Of a stretch of 64,000 bases of DNA, positions 1 through 9,714 are shown piece after piece. The position numbers and the translations under genes are program-made. The notes under the pieces are model-generated. The model was not told the DNA's origin and made no database searches. It saw nothing but the letters and a program-made list of their open reading frames with translations. Source of the DNA: an uncultured candidate division Zixibacteria bacterium (lineage in GTDB: Bacteria > Zixibacteria > MSB-5A5 > GN15 > FEB-12); NCBI GenBank assembly GCA_963806185.1, contig CAWDXE010000001.1, positions 480,001-544,000 on the forward strand. The letters run 5' to 3'. The first letter of the stretch is position 1; every line of letters starts with the position of its first letter.

Positions 1-651
1 CTGCCGTCCGGCCGTCCCGGATATGCTCGATTGAGATTGCGCGATTCGAACCCGGATAACTGATTGCCCGACGGATAGTGGAGATAAACCAGCGGATCGG
101 GCCACTGGTCGATCGGATTAGACACGCGCGAACCGAACCGAAATGTGCGTGGAGCGGTCTGCCCTTTGATTGTGAACGAGGTAGGGCATCCTTCAAATGG
201 ATCAGTGCAGCTGAAGCCACTGGCGCAAGCCTGTGGAATCACCAGCAACCGGCCGGGCGGTCACGTTCGCATTCTCAGCTACGAGAGTAGCGGTGATGAA
301 TCCGGAAGGTTCGTTTGGATGAGTCCCGCCGAGGAGAAGCACCGTTGCGCCCGGATGGCCGCTCTCGAAGAAGTAGATCTTCGTATCGCCGGATGTTCCC
401 TTGATCTCCGTGAAGTAGTCGCTCAGCATGCCGGTACGCGTCAAGTGCTCCGACGGTCTGATCAGATCGGGTACACGTTGGGCCAGGAAATCCATAGAGG
501 CCGCTGTCGCCATTACAGCGGCACACAACAGGAAGAAGACGGCAGACAATACCTGCCTCCGGGTGCTCGGGTGCGTAGGACCTACTTGATCAGCAGGGCC
601 CGCAACACGAACGGAATCAGAATCATCGCGTACGCGGCTTGTCGTTTCCAT
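1..651 (-). CDS. Succinylglutamate desuccinylase/aspartoacylase (M14-like) family deacylase, runs off the window; apparent frameshift near 255
   Basis: N-terminal TM segment and GGTHPNEPSG metal-binding motif. After a frame switch it continues GRLLVIPQAC...RNLNRAYPGRPDG, typical of AstE/AspA. Confidence 0.75.
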
Positions 652-727
652 GAGCGCTCCGAAAACATCTCTGTACCGAACACTACTATCAGATAAATGA
701 TGATCGCTATATGCAACCAGAATAACA

Positions 728-2014
728 TCAGTATCTCCCCTGGCTGACAAAATTCAGTGCCACGGCGATCTCCTCTGCGAAAATCACGATCAACAGCGCA
801 ACCGTAGCTGCCGCGGTCATTGGAATCAGGCTTTGCTTCAGGATCGCAAACGGATTCTTCTCACCGACTATCTGTCCGGCGTAGGCACACAGCAGGGTCG
901 GTGGCGGCATTAGATCCCCAAGCGCAGCCATAAGCGCCAGCCCGGCGGTGACGATGATCGCGTTCTTGGTCACAAACACGAAAACCAGCGGCACTCCGAT
1001 GACCGAGGCGGAGGCATAGGCCGAACCCATAAACGGCATGATCAATACCGCCAGATACTTGAATTGATCCGGAAGCAATAATGCGCTGGTCGCCAGGTAT
1101 CCGCGTACGCCGGTGAGGGTCATGATCTGAAGGAACATCCCTACTCCCACCAGGATCGCCATGACCGGCATCGCGGAACGAATCCCCTCACGGGAGACCG
1201 TCAGAAAATTGAACTTCTGCCCGGTACCCAGGGCGGTCAAGGCGCCTATCATGAATGCCAGCGGAACGCCAAGATGCGGGATCTTTGCCGGCAGGATTCG
1301 CTCGATGATCAGATAGCCAACCACCACCACCAACGGTATGAACAATTTCAGCCCAAACTGCGAATAGACCGGTTGGGCGAGCTGAGCCAGCACTGCCTTA
1401 ATCTCAAAGTCTTTCAGGTAACGATAGCGATAGAACACAGCCAGAAGGATAGCCAGTGGAAAAGTCGCCAACAGGAGCGGGATTTCGAATCCAATGTACG
1501 GCATGTCAACTCCGCCCCCGATTATCATGACCGGAATGCAGATCGGCGGCGCAACCTCTCCAAGAACTGCCGCCATGGCAATCAGGGATCCCACCGCTAT
1601 TCGCGGCATCCCCATCGCCAGCAACCCCGGGGCAACCAGCGCTCCGGTAGTCAGGATGCAGGCCGACGACAATCCGGTGAGCATCCCCGGGAACATGACG
1701 AAGAAAGTTATGACGATCATCAGAAGCGTCGGCCGGCGATAGAGCGTCTTGATCAGTCCGTAGTTGATCGTGCCCAGTGCCCCGGTCGCGTCGACCACTC
1801 GCATATACACCATTGCTGTCGCAATGATCAATATCGCCTCCAGAAAGCCGAATGATCCCTCTACCAAGTGCCGGACGGGAAATCCTTCTCCTCCAACTAC
1901 GCCTCCCACTACCGCTCCTAACATGAGCGACAATCCGGCGGGAAGCTTGAACAGGAATACCCCGAAGGCGAACGTCGCCAGCATCGCGAGAAGTATGATC
2001 AGTTCAAAGCTCAT
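728..2014 (-). CDS. TRAP DctM-like / IT-superfamily permease
   Basis: 428 aa, highly hydrophobic multi-pass protein with APPICIP and GDLMPPPT motifs; in operon with the deacylase. Confidence 0.75.
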   Translation of the reverse strand: MSFELIILLAMLATFAFGVFLFKLPAGLSLMLGAVVGGVVGGEGFPVRHLVEGSFGFLEAILIIATAMVYMRVVDATGALGTINYGLIKTLYRRPTLLMIVITFFVMFPGMLTGLSSACILTTGALVAPGLLAMGMPRIAVGSLIAMAAVLGEVAPPICIPVMIIGGGVDMPYIGFEIPLLLATFPLAILLAVFYRYRYLKDFEIKAVLAQLAQPVYSQFGLKLFIPLVVVVGYLIIERILPAKIPHLGVPLAFMIGALTALGTGQKFNFLTVSREGIRSAMPVMAILVGVGMFLQIMTLTGVRGYLATSALLLPDQFKYLAVLIMPFMGSAYASASVIGVPLVFVFVTKNAIIVTAGLALMAALGDLMPPPTLLCAYAGQIVGEKNPFAILKQSLIPMTAAATVALLIVIFAEEIAVALNFVSQGRY

Positions 2015-2087
2015 TGACGCCTTGTGTCCAAATCGGTTCGTTTGGCGTCGCTTGCCTGACCTCAGCTCCGCAAGTGACGCCGATGCC

Positions 2088-3377
2088 TTAGAATTGCACC
2101 TGCAATTCAGTCATAAAGCGCGTTTTCGCTACGCGGTCTTCCGACCAGGTGACGGCGCCGCTGTTGTTGACATCCCGATCCTCGCCGTTCGGATAGTTCT
2201 TCGCAATACGGAACTGCAGTCGGGCTTGTGGCGAGACTTCGTAATACACCATCATCGCCAATTCGTCGTCCATCGTGTTGTAGTCATCGTTGTTGACGTA
2301 TTCGCTGACGGCGGTGTATTGTATCTGAAAGCGCACCTGTTTCATTTGGCGGGGTATGAGGTACAGCCGCGAGTACCAGATGCGACTTCCCTCGGGATTG
2401 AATCCATTGTAGGGGTAATCGCCGCCGATGGCGCCATCCACGTATCCTGCCCGACTGCCCCAGTAGAATCCCGGGTAGGCCGGGCTGAATATCTCCGTCT
2501 TCTCCGTCGTGGCATCGTTCCCTTGATAGGCCGCATAGCGGGTCTCAGCTTTCACGGAACGGAACGGACCCCACGCCCAGCGGTAGCTGATCCCGGCCAT
2601 ATAACCTATGCCACCCTTGTCCGGCAGACCGGAAAGCGTATTGAACTTCTGGCCGGCCAATTCGGCGAAATATTGGAGGCGATTGCGCATGAAATTGCCG
2701 CTCGCTCCGCCGCCGACGACATAGTGATCATTGAAGTCGCCGCGCAACCGGTCGTATACGTAATACCCCATGACCGTCTGATTTCCGAACGCTCGCGAGA
2801 GTCGGGCGATATACAGTTGATCGCTTCCGGGGTCAGGGTAGAGGCCGCTTGCACTCAACGTCTGCTCGGTGATGGCGCCAAACAATGAAAGGGTGTAGGC
2901 GCGGTAGGCCATGTCAAAGCGGATCGCGTCGAACTTGTCGAAATACTCAACCGATTCGCCCTGTACCAGCCCTTCGCCCAAGGGGAATTGCTGGCGCCCG
3001 ACGCGCGCACGAAACAGATCGAAAACGAGGAATTTCGGCTGTACCAGTTCCGCGTATAGCTGGCTGATACCATACTGCATCTTGCCGGTTCCGGCTATAT
3101 TGCGCACCGGTGAAACCGGGCTGCTCTCGCTGAAAACGGTTAACTCAGAAAATACCGAGGCATTCCGATTTACCTGCGCCTTGGTCCGGACTCTGGCGAG
3201 ATACCGCAAATAGTTTTCCGTTCCTCGATCATCAAGGGCATCCGAGAACCGGTCACTGTACGCCCGAAGCCGGAAGTCGCCTTCGGTCGTGATCTGCTGA
3301 GATCGTCCATCAACGCTCATCAGAACGAGAAACCCCGCGACGAGCAAGCTCGAAATGTGTCGATAATGCCAGTTCAT
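2088..3377 (-). CDS. Outer-membrane beta-barrel protein (alginate-export-like)
   Basis: Signal peptide, alternating aromatic strands, RVGRQQF motif, C-terminal Phe (LQVQF); GAGG RBS before ATG 3377. Confidence 0.7.
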   Translation of the reverse strand: MNWHYRHISSLLVAGFLVLMSVDGRSQQITTEGDFRLRAYSDRFSDALDDRGTENYLRYLARVRTKAQVNRNASVFSELTVFSESSPVSPVRNIAGTGKMQYGISQLYAELVQPKFLVFDLFRARVGRQQFPLGEGLVQGESVEYFDKFDAIRFDMAYRAYTLSLFGAITEQTLSASGLYPDPGSDQLYIARLSRAFGNQTVMGYYVYDRLRGDFNDHYVVGGGASGNFMRNRLQYFAELAGQKFNTLSGLPDKGGIGYMAGISYRWAWGPFRSVKAETRYAAYQGNDATTEKTEIFSPAYPGFYWGSRAGYVDGAIGGDYPYNGFNPEGSRIWYSRLYLIPRQMKQVRFQIQYTAVSEYVNNDDYNTMDDELAMMVYYEVSPQARLQFRIAKNYPNGEDRDVNNSGAVTWSEDRVAKTRFMTELQVQF

Positions 3378-3387
3378 GGTGTTAACC

Positions 3388-5244
3388 TCATTCCTGCGTA
3401 AAGGTAATGCCCGTCGGTTGAGCGTTGCCCCGGTTTGGCACTTCATATGTCTTCAGCACGGTGCCGTTGGTTGACACCTGGAAGATGTAGTCGAACTCGA
3501 ACGTGCTGTTGGCGATCCAGAAATTGGCGCCATCCCACGCCATGCCGGTGGCATACCGATCGGACGTTGTGCCGTTGGGTGGAATCGGTGTCACGAATTG
3601 CGCCGTCCAGGTGCTGGTTCCGAAATCGTATTGATACACCGAGTCCAGCTGGTAGTCATTGCAGTACAGATGGCCGTCCGCATACACAATGCCTCGCGCC
3701 TCGACTCCGGGCGTTCCAATCGAATCCAGCACCGCGCCGGTCAACGTATCCATTTTGTAGATGTGTGCGGAGGTGCTGTTGCAGGCCCACAAGTACTCGC
3801 CGTCGAAAGCCAGATCCCTGATCACGCCCGATGCCGCCGGCGGCGCCGTAAACGTCCGGGTTGAACTCAACGTTGCGCCCGACGTATTGAGGCGCATGAC
3901 CGCATCGTCCGTGCCGCCCGCGCTTATCCAGATGTAGGTGCCGTCGTAGGTCAGACCCTGCGTCGAGCCACCCGGAGCGACACCGAGGGTGCTCCATCCG
4001 GCGACGATTGAGTCGTTGCTCACCTTGACCTTGTAGAGCGAATCCGAGTACGCGTCGGTAAACCAGAGATACCCGGCATTCGGATCGACATTGAGTATGG
4101 TAAACACCCCTGTACCCACGGCCACCTGACCGTCGGGATTGGTCACCGTAACATCCCGCGCACCGAACTCGGCATCGTCGGTGATTTCTATATCCGCGCG
4201 GATCGCCGATCCGCTCTGGAAGACCGCCGTTTGTACCACAATGCCCGCCCCGAATGACACTTCGAGGCCCGATCCGGGCAGGAAGTGCGCACCGTTGATC
4301 ACGACCGACAACACCGCTCCGCGGGTTCCCGTATTGGGCGATACGCCTGTCACTTCGGGAGCCGGAGCTATGCGCGCATCTTTGGTAGACCAGACAATCG
4401 GCCCCGGCGTATCAAACGAAAGTTCGATACGATTCAACTCCATACCGTTTTGCTTGAGTTCGTAGAGATAGTCCGCCACGCTGCTCGAATTGATCAGCCA
4501 AAACTGGCGGCCATCAAAAGAAAGTCCGTTCGGAAAGATGTAGGATGCCCCTGCCGGCGGCTGAGGTGCCTTGAAAGCGCCTTGAAAGACCTGCTTGTCC
4601 GGCCGGAAGGCATACACCGAGTCCAGGGTGACATCCGCGATATACAGTCCGGCGTCGAGGCCTGAACCATAGGCGTCAGAATTGGCGCCTACATAACACA
4701 ACCCGCGCGGCTCCGGACCGGGAAGAGCAATCTCTGAAAGTACGCTGCCGTCGTCCGGGTTTAACTTATAGAGAGTAGGGGGAGTACCATATGTCTCTGA
4801 ACCGCTGTTGAGTGCCCACAGATACGAGCCATCCCAGGCGATATCACGGACAGTCCCTCGACCAGTCGGCGGCGCATCAAACGAATTTAATACCACAAGT
4901 GAATCGGTGCTTGCGTCCACGCGGTAAATCAGGTCCGCCCCGCCGGCAACAGACAACCAAAGGTTGCTGCCGTCAAAGGTGATCCCCTGAAAACTCGTCG
5001 TCTCGATCAAACTCTCCAGCGACCAGGAAGCGACCAGCTCAAGATTCCGGTCAAACATCTTCAGGGTGTACGAACCGTTGTCGATGCAATAAAAGTACCC
5101 CGCTTCCGAAGTAATTCCCGCGTCTTGGTCCCCGTCGTTCACGAACAGACTGTCGCATGACGCCAAGGCTAAAAGCGTCCAGAGCGCCAAACCGAGTGCT
5201 CCGACACGGTACGCCAATGATGACCTGTTCAACCTGCCCTCCAA
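3388..5244 (-). CDS. Lipoprotein with two duplicated beta-propeller domains around an IPT/TIG Ig-like domain
   Basis: Lipobox LASC; repeated G(I/L)(T/A)(F/W/Y)DGxxLW blades; central PEVTGVSPNTG...RDVTVTNPDG IPT signature. Confidence 0.7.
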   Translation of the reverse strand: MEGRLNRSSLAYRVGALGLALWTLLALASCDSLFVNDGDQDAGITSEAGYFYCIDNGSYTLKMFDRNLELVASWSLESLIETTSFQGITFDGSNLWLSVAGGADLIYRVDASTDSLVVLNSFDAPPTGRGTVRDIAWDGSYLWALNSGSETYGTPPTLYKLNPDDGSVLSEIALPGPEPRGLCYVGANSDAYGSGLDAGLYIADVTLDSVYAFRPDKQVFQGAFKAPQPPAGASYIFPNGLSFDGRQFWLINSSSVADYLYELKQNGMELNRIELSFDTPGPIVWSTKDARIAPAPEVTGVSPNTGTRGAVLSVVINGAHFLPGSGLEVSFGAGIVVQTAVFQSGSAIRADIEITDDAEFGARDVTVTNPDGQVAVGTGVFTILNVDPNAGYLWFTDAYSDSLYKVKVSNDSIVAGWSTLGVAPGGSTQGLTYDGTYIWISAGGTDDAVMRLNTSGATLSSTRTFTAPPAASGVIRDLAFDGEYLWACNSTSAHIYKMDTLTGAVLDSIGTPGVEARGIVYADGHLYCNDYQLDSVYQYDFGTSTWTAQFVTPIPPNGTTSDRYATGMAWDGANFWIANSTFEFDYIFQVSTNGTVLKTYEVPNRGNAQPTGITFTQE

Positions 5245-5356
5245 TCGGCTACTATTCTTATGCCGTCAACTGGCCAGCAGTCGGTACGGCAGCTGTTTTT
5301 CCTATCACCAGTCTGTTGCCACAGACATCGGACCTGGGATTCCGCAATTGGCCTAC

Positions 5357-5372
5357 ACAATATGCGTGCCAA
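5357..5372 (-). promoter_or_regulatory. Sigma-54 (-24/-12) promoter for the minus-strand uptake operon
   Basis: Minus strand reads TTGGCACGCATATTGT (consensus YTGGCACGNNNNTTGC, one mismatch); lies next to a divergent bEBP gene. Confidence 0.65.
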
Positions 5373-5647
5373 AGTGCTCCGCTTCCCGTGGCCACACACT
5401 TAAGCTCAATTAACGAGTGTGGATATGGCCGTCCAGATATACTTGAAATATCCTATTATTGTGCTATACTAGCTCATATTGATGGGCGCAAATAGCCCGA
5501 AATCGCCGCATGGAGAGCCCGTCTGCCTGTGACTCCATGGCTCTTAGACTTGGGCATGGGAATTGTAAGCGGTCTCTCGGGACCAATGACGGCCGGGGTC
5601 GGGAATCGGCATCGGGTCGGCAAGGTGACCGTAAGTGCAAGGCAAAT

Positions 5648-7204
5648 ATGAGCTTTTTCAATATCCACCGCCGGGCGATCATACTCTCGACGATTTTCGT
5701 TATTCTTGCCCTTCTTCTGGTGGTGATCACCGACTTCTCCCTTGAGAAGTGGCGTCAGGACGTCATTCGCTCCAATACTGACCTGGCTGTTGAGTCTGCG
5801 GCTTTGCTTCACAGCGCCTCAAATTCGGTAATTGACAGCCTGGCTAAAATTGGTGTTCTCGATGCATCAATAGAATCAGTCGACGCCAAACAAGCTCTGG
5901 ACCTTCACCTCAAGGCATTATCCGACAGTATCTTCGCTCCGAGAGAAGGGATGGAGGGGGGACTCTTTTTGGTGCGACTCAATGAGTTTTTCGGCTATGC
6001 CTTTCCGACTTCGCCCCCGCCGATTCCGGTATATGGCCCACCACCGAGATCCCATGCACTGATCTTGGCTCAGGTCCGTCGAACTATCGAGACGGGTGAG
6101 CCGATCGTCGATCTCCACCAATTTGACCCGGCCGTCTTCCCTTTGGCGACTGAACCGATCGAAAGCCAAGGGAGAATCGTCGCGGTGGCTTGGGCACGCA
6201 CGCATATCGAAAGGGATTTCCCCGCCGCTAAGTTGCGGGAGGTCATCAACGTCGGAGCACTCATTGCGCTGCTCGGATTCTCTGTCGCACTCATCATTTC
6301 GGTGACCCAGTATCGCGAGATCCAGCGGATGCGTCGCGATCTCGAACGGGTACAGGATGGCGACGCAGAGACGATCGAGGAGGGAAAAGGAACTCTGGGA
6401 GTGATCGCCAACGCGATCAATATCATGCTTCGCACGATGCGCCTGGACAACTCCCGCCGTGAACAATTGGAACGGGAGTTGCATCACAAAGAGAAGATGG
6501 CGTCGCTTGGCCGTGTGATCGCCGGTGTGGCCCATGAAGTGAAAACGCCTCTCGCGATCATCAAAACAAGGACCCAAATGTGGCAACATTCGTTGCGGGA
6601 TCTCACTGGCTCGGACCAGGAGCGGAGTGTGATCTCCGACGATTCGCTGCAATTGGTGGTGACCGAGGTCGATCGGCTGTCGGAACTGGTGAAAAGACTG
6701 CTGGTCTTTTCCAAACCTCAGCCAATAAAACTGGAGTCGACCGATATCACGGCCGTGCTTCGGCAAACCCTCGCTCTGCTGGATATGCGGAGCGGAAAAC
6801 GTCAAGTCGAGCTGGTGACTGCCTTCGCCGACGATCTGCCGCAGATCCGGGCTGATCGCAGTGCGCTCCAGCAAGTCTTTATGAATGTACTGATGAACTC
6901 ATTTGAAGCAATTTCCGGTTCGGGCCGAATCATCGTAGCGACCAGCTTTGACTCAGTGCGCAAGATCGGTACGGTGACCATCCGGGACACCGGTTGCGGT
7001 ATTCCCGAGGAATTGAACGCCAAGGTCTTTGATCCCTTCGTCACGACCAAGAAAAAGGGATTCGGATTAGGACTGTCCATCTCCTATGAGATTGTGGCAT
7101 CACATGGGGGGACGATCAAACTGCATCCCGACGAATCCGGAGGAACCGTCTGCACTATCGAACTGCCGGCGCAACCGACAAAGGACCTGCATGAGAAGGG
7201 CTAA
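5648..7204 (+). CDS. Membrane sensor histidine kinase
   Basis: Two TM helices, H-box AHEVKTPL, N-box QVFMNVLMNS, G1 DTGCGI, G2 GFGLGL. Confidence 0.92.
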   Translation: MSFFNIHRRAIILSTIFVILALLLVVITDFSLEKWRQDVIRSNTDLAVESAALLHSASNSVIDSLAKIGVLDASIESVDAKQALDLHLKALSDSIFAPREGMEGGLFLVRLNEFFGYAFPTSPPPIPVYGPPPRSHALILAQVRRTIETGEPIVDLHQFDPAVFPLATEPIESQGRIVAVAWARTHIERDFPAAKLREVINVGALIALLGFSVALIISVTQYREIQRMRRDLERVQDGDAETIEEGKGTLGVIANAINIMLRTMRLDNSRREQLERELHHKEKMASLGRVIAGVAHEVKTPLAIIKTRTQMWQHSLRDLTGSDQERSVISDDSLQLVVTEVDRLSELVKRLLVFSKPQPIKLESTDITAVLRQTLALLDMRSGKRQVELVTAFADDLPQIRADRSALQQVFMNVLMNSFEAISGSGRIIVATSFDSVRKIGTVTIRDTGCGIPEELNAKVFDPFVTTKKKGFGLGLSISYEIVASHGGTIKLHPDESGGTVCTIELPAQPTKDLHEKG

Positions 7205-8576
7205 ACGGATACTGATCGTTGACGACGAAGTGTCAATGCGGAAAAACCTGGTCGATCTGCTCTCCAGCCGGGGATACAGCGTAACTGAGGCCGGCGATGG
7301 GCTCGAAGCGTTACAGGCGGTCTCAGACAATCGCTTTGACCTCGTCCTGCTCGATCTCAATCTCCCCGGTATGGATGGTATCACAGCACTGGGTGAGATT
7401 CGCAATTCACAGCCGGATCTTCCGGTGATCATTTTCACCGCTTACGGAACGAGCGAGCGGGCGATCCGGGCGATGAAGGCGGGCGCCTACGACTACATGG
7501 AGAAACCGTTTGAGCTCGACGAGTTCATGCTGATAGTCCAGCGAGCCGCGGAGTATTCGGAGTTGCTATCAGAGGTTCGAGAACTGAGGAGCAAAGTTTC
7601 GACCATAACGGACAAGTCGAATGTACAGATCATCGGCAGCAGCCCCGCCATGAAGGACATTTTCAAGTTGATTGGCCGTGTCTCCGGCACCGACGCGACC
7701 GTGTTGATCCAGGGTGGCAGCGGCACGGGCAAGGAGCTCATCGCGGATGCCATCCAGCGGCACTCCCGACGGGCGGAAAAGCCGTATGTCAAAGTGCACT
7801 GTGGTGCCTTCTCGGAGAGTGTGCTCGAGAGTGAGATCTTTGGTCATGAAAAGGGAGCGTTTACGGGCGCCATCTCTCAGCACCAGGGGAGATTCGAACT
7901 GGCGGACGGTGGAACGGTATTTCTCGACGAGATCAATACCATGTCGCCCGGGTTGCAGATTCGTTTGCTTCGCGTGCTCCAGGACAAGATGTTTTATCGG
8001 GTGGGGGGAGAGACGCCGGTGCGCGTCGACGTGAGAGTCATTGCGGCGGCCTCCAATGATGTCGGCGACGAGGTACGCCACGGCCGGTTTCGCGAGGACC
8101 TCTTCTATCGCCTGAATGTCGTTCAGATCAATATCCCGCCACTCCTGGAACGCCGCGAAGATATACCATTCCTGGCGCGGCACTTCCTTCAGAAATACAG
8201 TCCCGATCGGGAACTGATGGTAACCGATCGCGATATGGCGACACTTCTGGCGTACAACTGGCCGGGCAATGTGCGCGAGTTGGAGAATACCATCCAGAGC
8301 GCCATTGTTCTGGCTCGCGAAAATGTTATCAACATCGGAGCGCTCCCCGTTCCGAGCCGTGGTATGTCGGGGGTCATATCGCTGGAGAAGCAGTTGGAGC
8401 AAGGAGTATCCCTGAGGGATATCTTGGCCAAAACTGAGAAAGATCTCATCCGGACGGCGTTAATTAAATCCAACTGGAACCGGACGCGGGCGGCCCAGTA
8501 CCTCGGAATTCATCGTCGGCTTCTCTATTCGAAAATGCAGGAGTACGGAATCCTGGAGACAGGCACTACGGATTAG
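7191..8576 (+). CDS. Sigma-54-dependent response regulator (NtrC/AtoC family)
   Basis: REC domain (ILIVDDE, DLNLPGMDG), Walker A GGSGTGKE, GAFTGA, FLDEI, WPGNVRELEN, Fis-type HTH. Confidence 0.95.
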   Translation: MRRAKRILIVDDEVSMRKNLVDLLSSRGYSVTEAGDGLEALQAVSDNRFDLVLLDLNLPGMDGITALGEIRNSQPDLPVIIFTAYGTSERAIRAMKAGAYDYMEKPFELDEFMLIVQRAAEYSELLSEVRELRSKVSTITDKSNVQIIGSSPAMKDIFKLIGRVSGTDATVLIQGGSGTGKELIADAIQRHSRRAEKPYVKVHCGAFSESVLESEIFGHEKGAFTGAISQHQGRFELADGGTVFLDEINTMSPGLQIRLLRVLQDKMFYRVGGETPVRVDVRVIAAASNDVGDEVRHGRFREDLFYRLNVVQINIPPLLERREDIPFLARHFLQKYSPDRELMVTDRDMATLLAYNWPGNVRELENTIQSAIVLARENVINIGALPVPSRGMSGVISLEKQLEQGVSLRDILAKTEKDLIRTALIKSNWNRTRAAQYLGIHRRLLYSKMQEYGILETGTTD

Positions 8577-8728
8577 CCCTCGCCCGGTACGCTGACACGA
8601 AGCTAAAGCTCCCCGAACCGTGCGGAACTCAGAACTTTTGAGTTAGTGCTGCAATTGTGAAGTCACTAACTCAAGGGCCGGACAAGGACTTGGCTTCCAA
8701 GGGGCAAGGTCGTCATTCCAAAGGCCGC

Positions 8729-8754
8729 AAAAGGTCGACGGCCATCGACCTTTT
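8729..8754. terminator. Probable bidirectional intrinsic terminator
   Basis: AAAAGGTCGA-cggcca-TCGACCTTTT hairpin between convergent genes. Confidence 0.5.
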
Positions 8755-8790
8755 CATTGGCGCACTCGTGGCGTCACGCTCTGACTCCCA

Positions 8791-9615
8791 TCAGTGACGT
8801 TCAGGTGGCTTTGAGTCTACCGAATCCCGTTTTCGTGAACTCAATGTACTATCCAAATCGGGTTGACTCTTGATCCTAGGAAAGTTGTCCATGAAAATAA
8901 GGTCACCAGTAACCGCGTTAATTAGGGTGCGCCCACGGTTGCGCTTATATTTGGGTAGGCCAGGATGAGGATGGATCTCCATAAACTCAATACCCCGTCC
9001 AATAATCGACCACACCACGATTGGTGTATCTGCATGCAGCTTGATGATATAACACGAGGCCTCGATCTCTTTTGCCGCAAGTGGCTTTGACCCCGTGGCA
9101 CGCTTAAGAGCTTCATAGAAACTGATTGGGGGTGGAGAAGGTGGTAGTCCAAGTATGGGCTCACCGCGCAATCTCATCTCCATCTCCACGTCGATTGCGG
9201 GGGGCTCGGGGGCAAGCTCTGGGTCTGGGGTTTGTACCCTGGAATAAACGCGTATAAGCTGACCGGTAGCCGAGTCGAAAAGCACATGATATGTCTTGAC
9301 TCGCTGATTTTGCAAGACCGAAGCGGGCCAATTGGCGAAATCAAGATAAACACTATCATACGTGACCTTCCAAACCGTCGATGGCGCCGAAGTATGCCCC
9401 ACGGCAACTGCTTCACTTGCGCCGTGCAATAATTCCACCGTCGGATTCTGCTGCTCGGGTGACACGCCTGTCACGAAGTCCGAGCCCAAATACTCTTCAA
9501 CCCTCGCGATCGCCTGGGTCGAAGAGGCAACCGAGTGACCGAGCGATACCTCTCCGGCATATGCACACACGACAAGTTGAATCATAGCAATCGAATGGAC
9601 GAACAACTTAGCCAT
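8791..9615 (-). CDS. Hypothetical secreted protein with two PepSY-like motifs; paralog of 55666-56488
   Basis: Signal peptide; VWKVTYDSV...FDSATGQLI and VWSIIGRG...INAVTGDLI. Confidence 0.55.
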   Translation of the reverse strand: MAKLFVHSIAMIQLVVCAYAGEVSLGHSVASSTQAIARVEEYLGSDFVTGVSPEQQNPTVELLHGASEAVAVGHTSAPSTVWKVTYDSVYLDFANWPASVLQNQRVKTYHVLFDSATGQLIRVYSRVQTPDPELAPEPPAIDVEMEMRLRGEPILGLPPSPPPISFYEALKRATGSKPLAAKEIEASCYIIKLHADTPIVVWSIIGRGIEFMEIHPHPGLPKYKRNRGRTLINAVTGDLIFMDNFPRIKSQPDLDSTLSSRKRDSVDSKPPERH

Positions 9616-9714
9616 GTCTGCACCAATTAGGCTCGGTACGCGGAGATTGGGGACGCTCACGAAAATGGGCAAGAGCACTCTGAACAGTCACTCAATGTCG
9701 CACCGTATTCCCTG

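Noticed and set aside
1764..2888. Long antisense ORFs (also 5918-6874, 17264-18172, 27240-28421 and others)
   Set aside because: Shadow ORFs opposite well-supported genes in GC-rich DNA, with no recognisable motifs.
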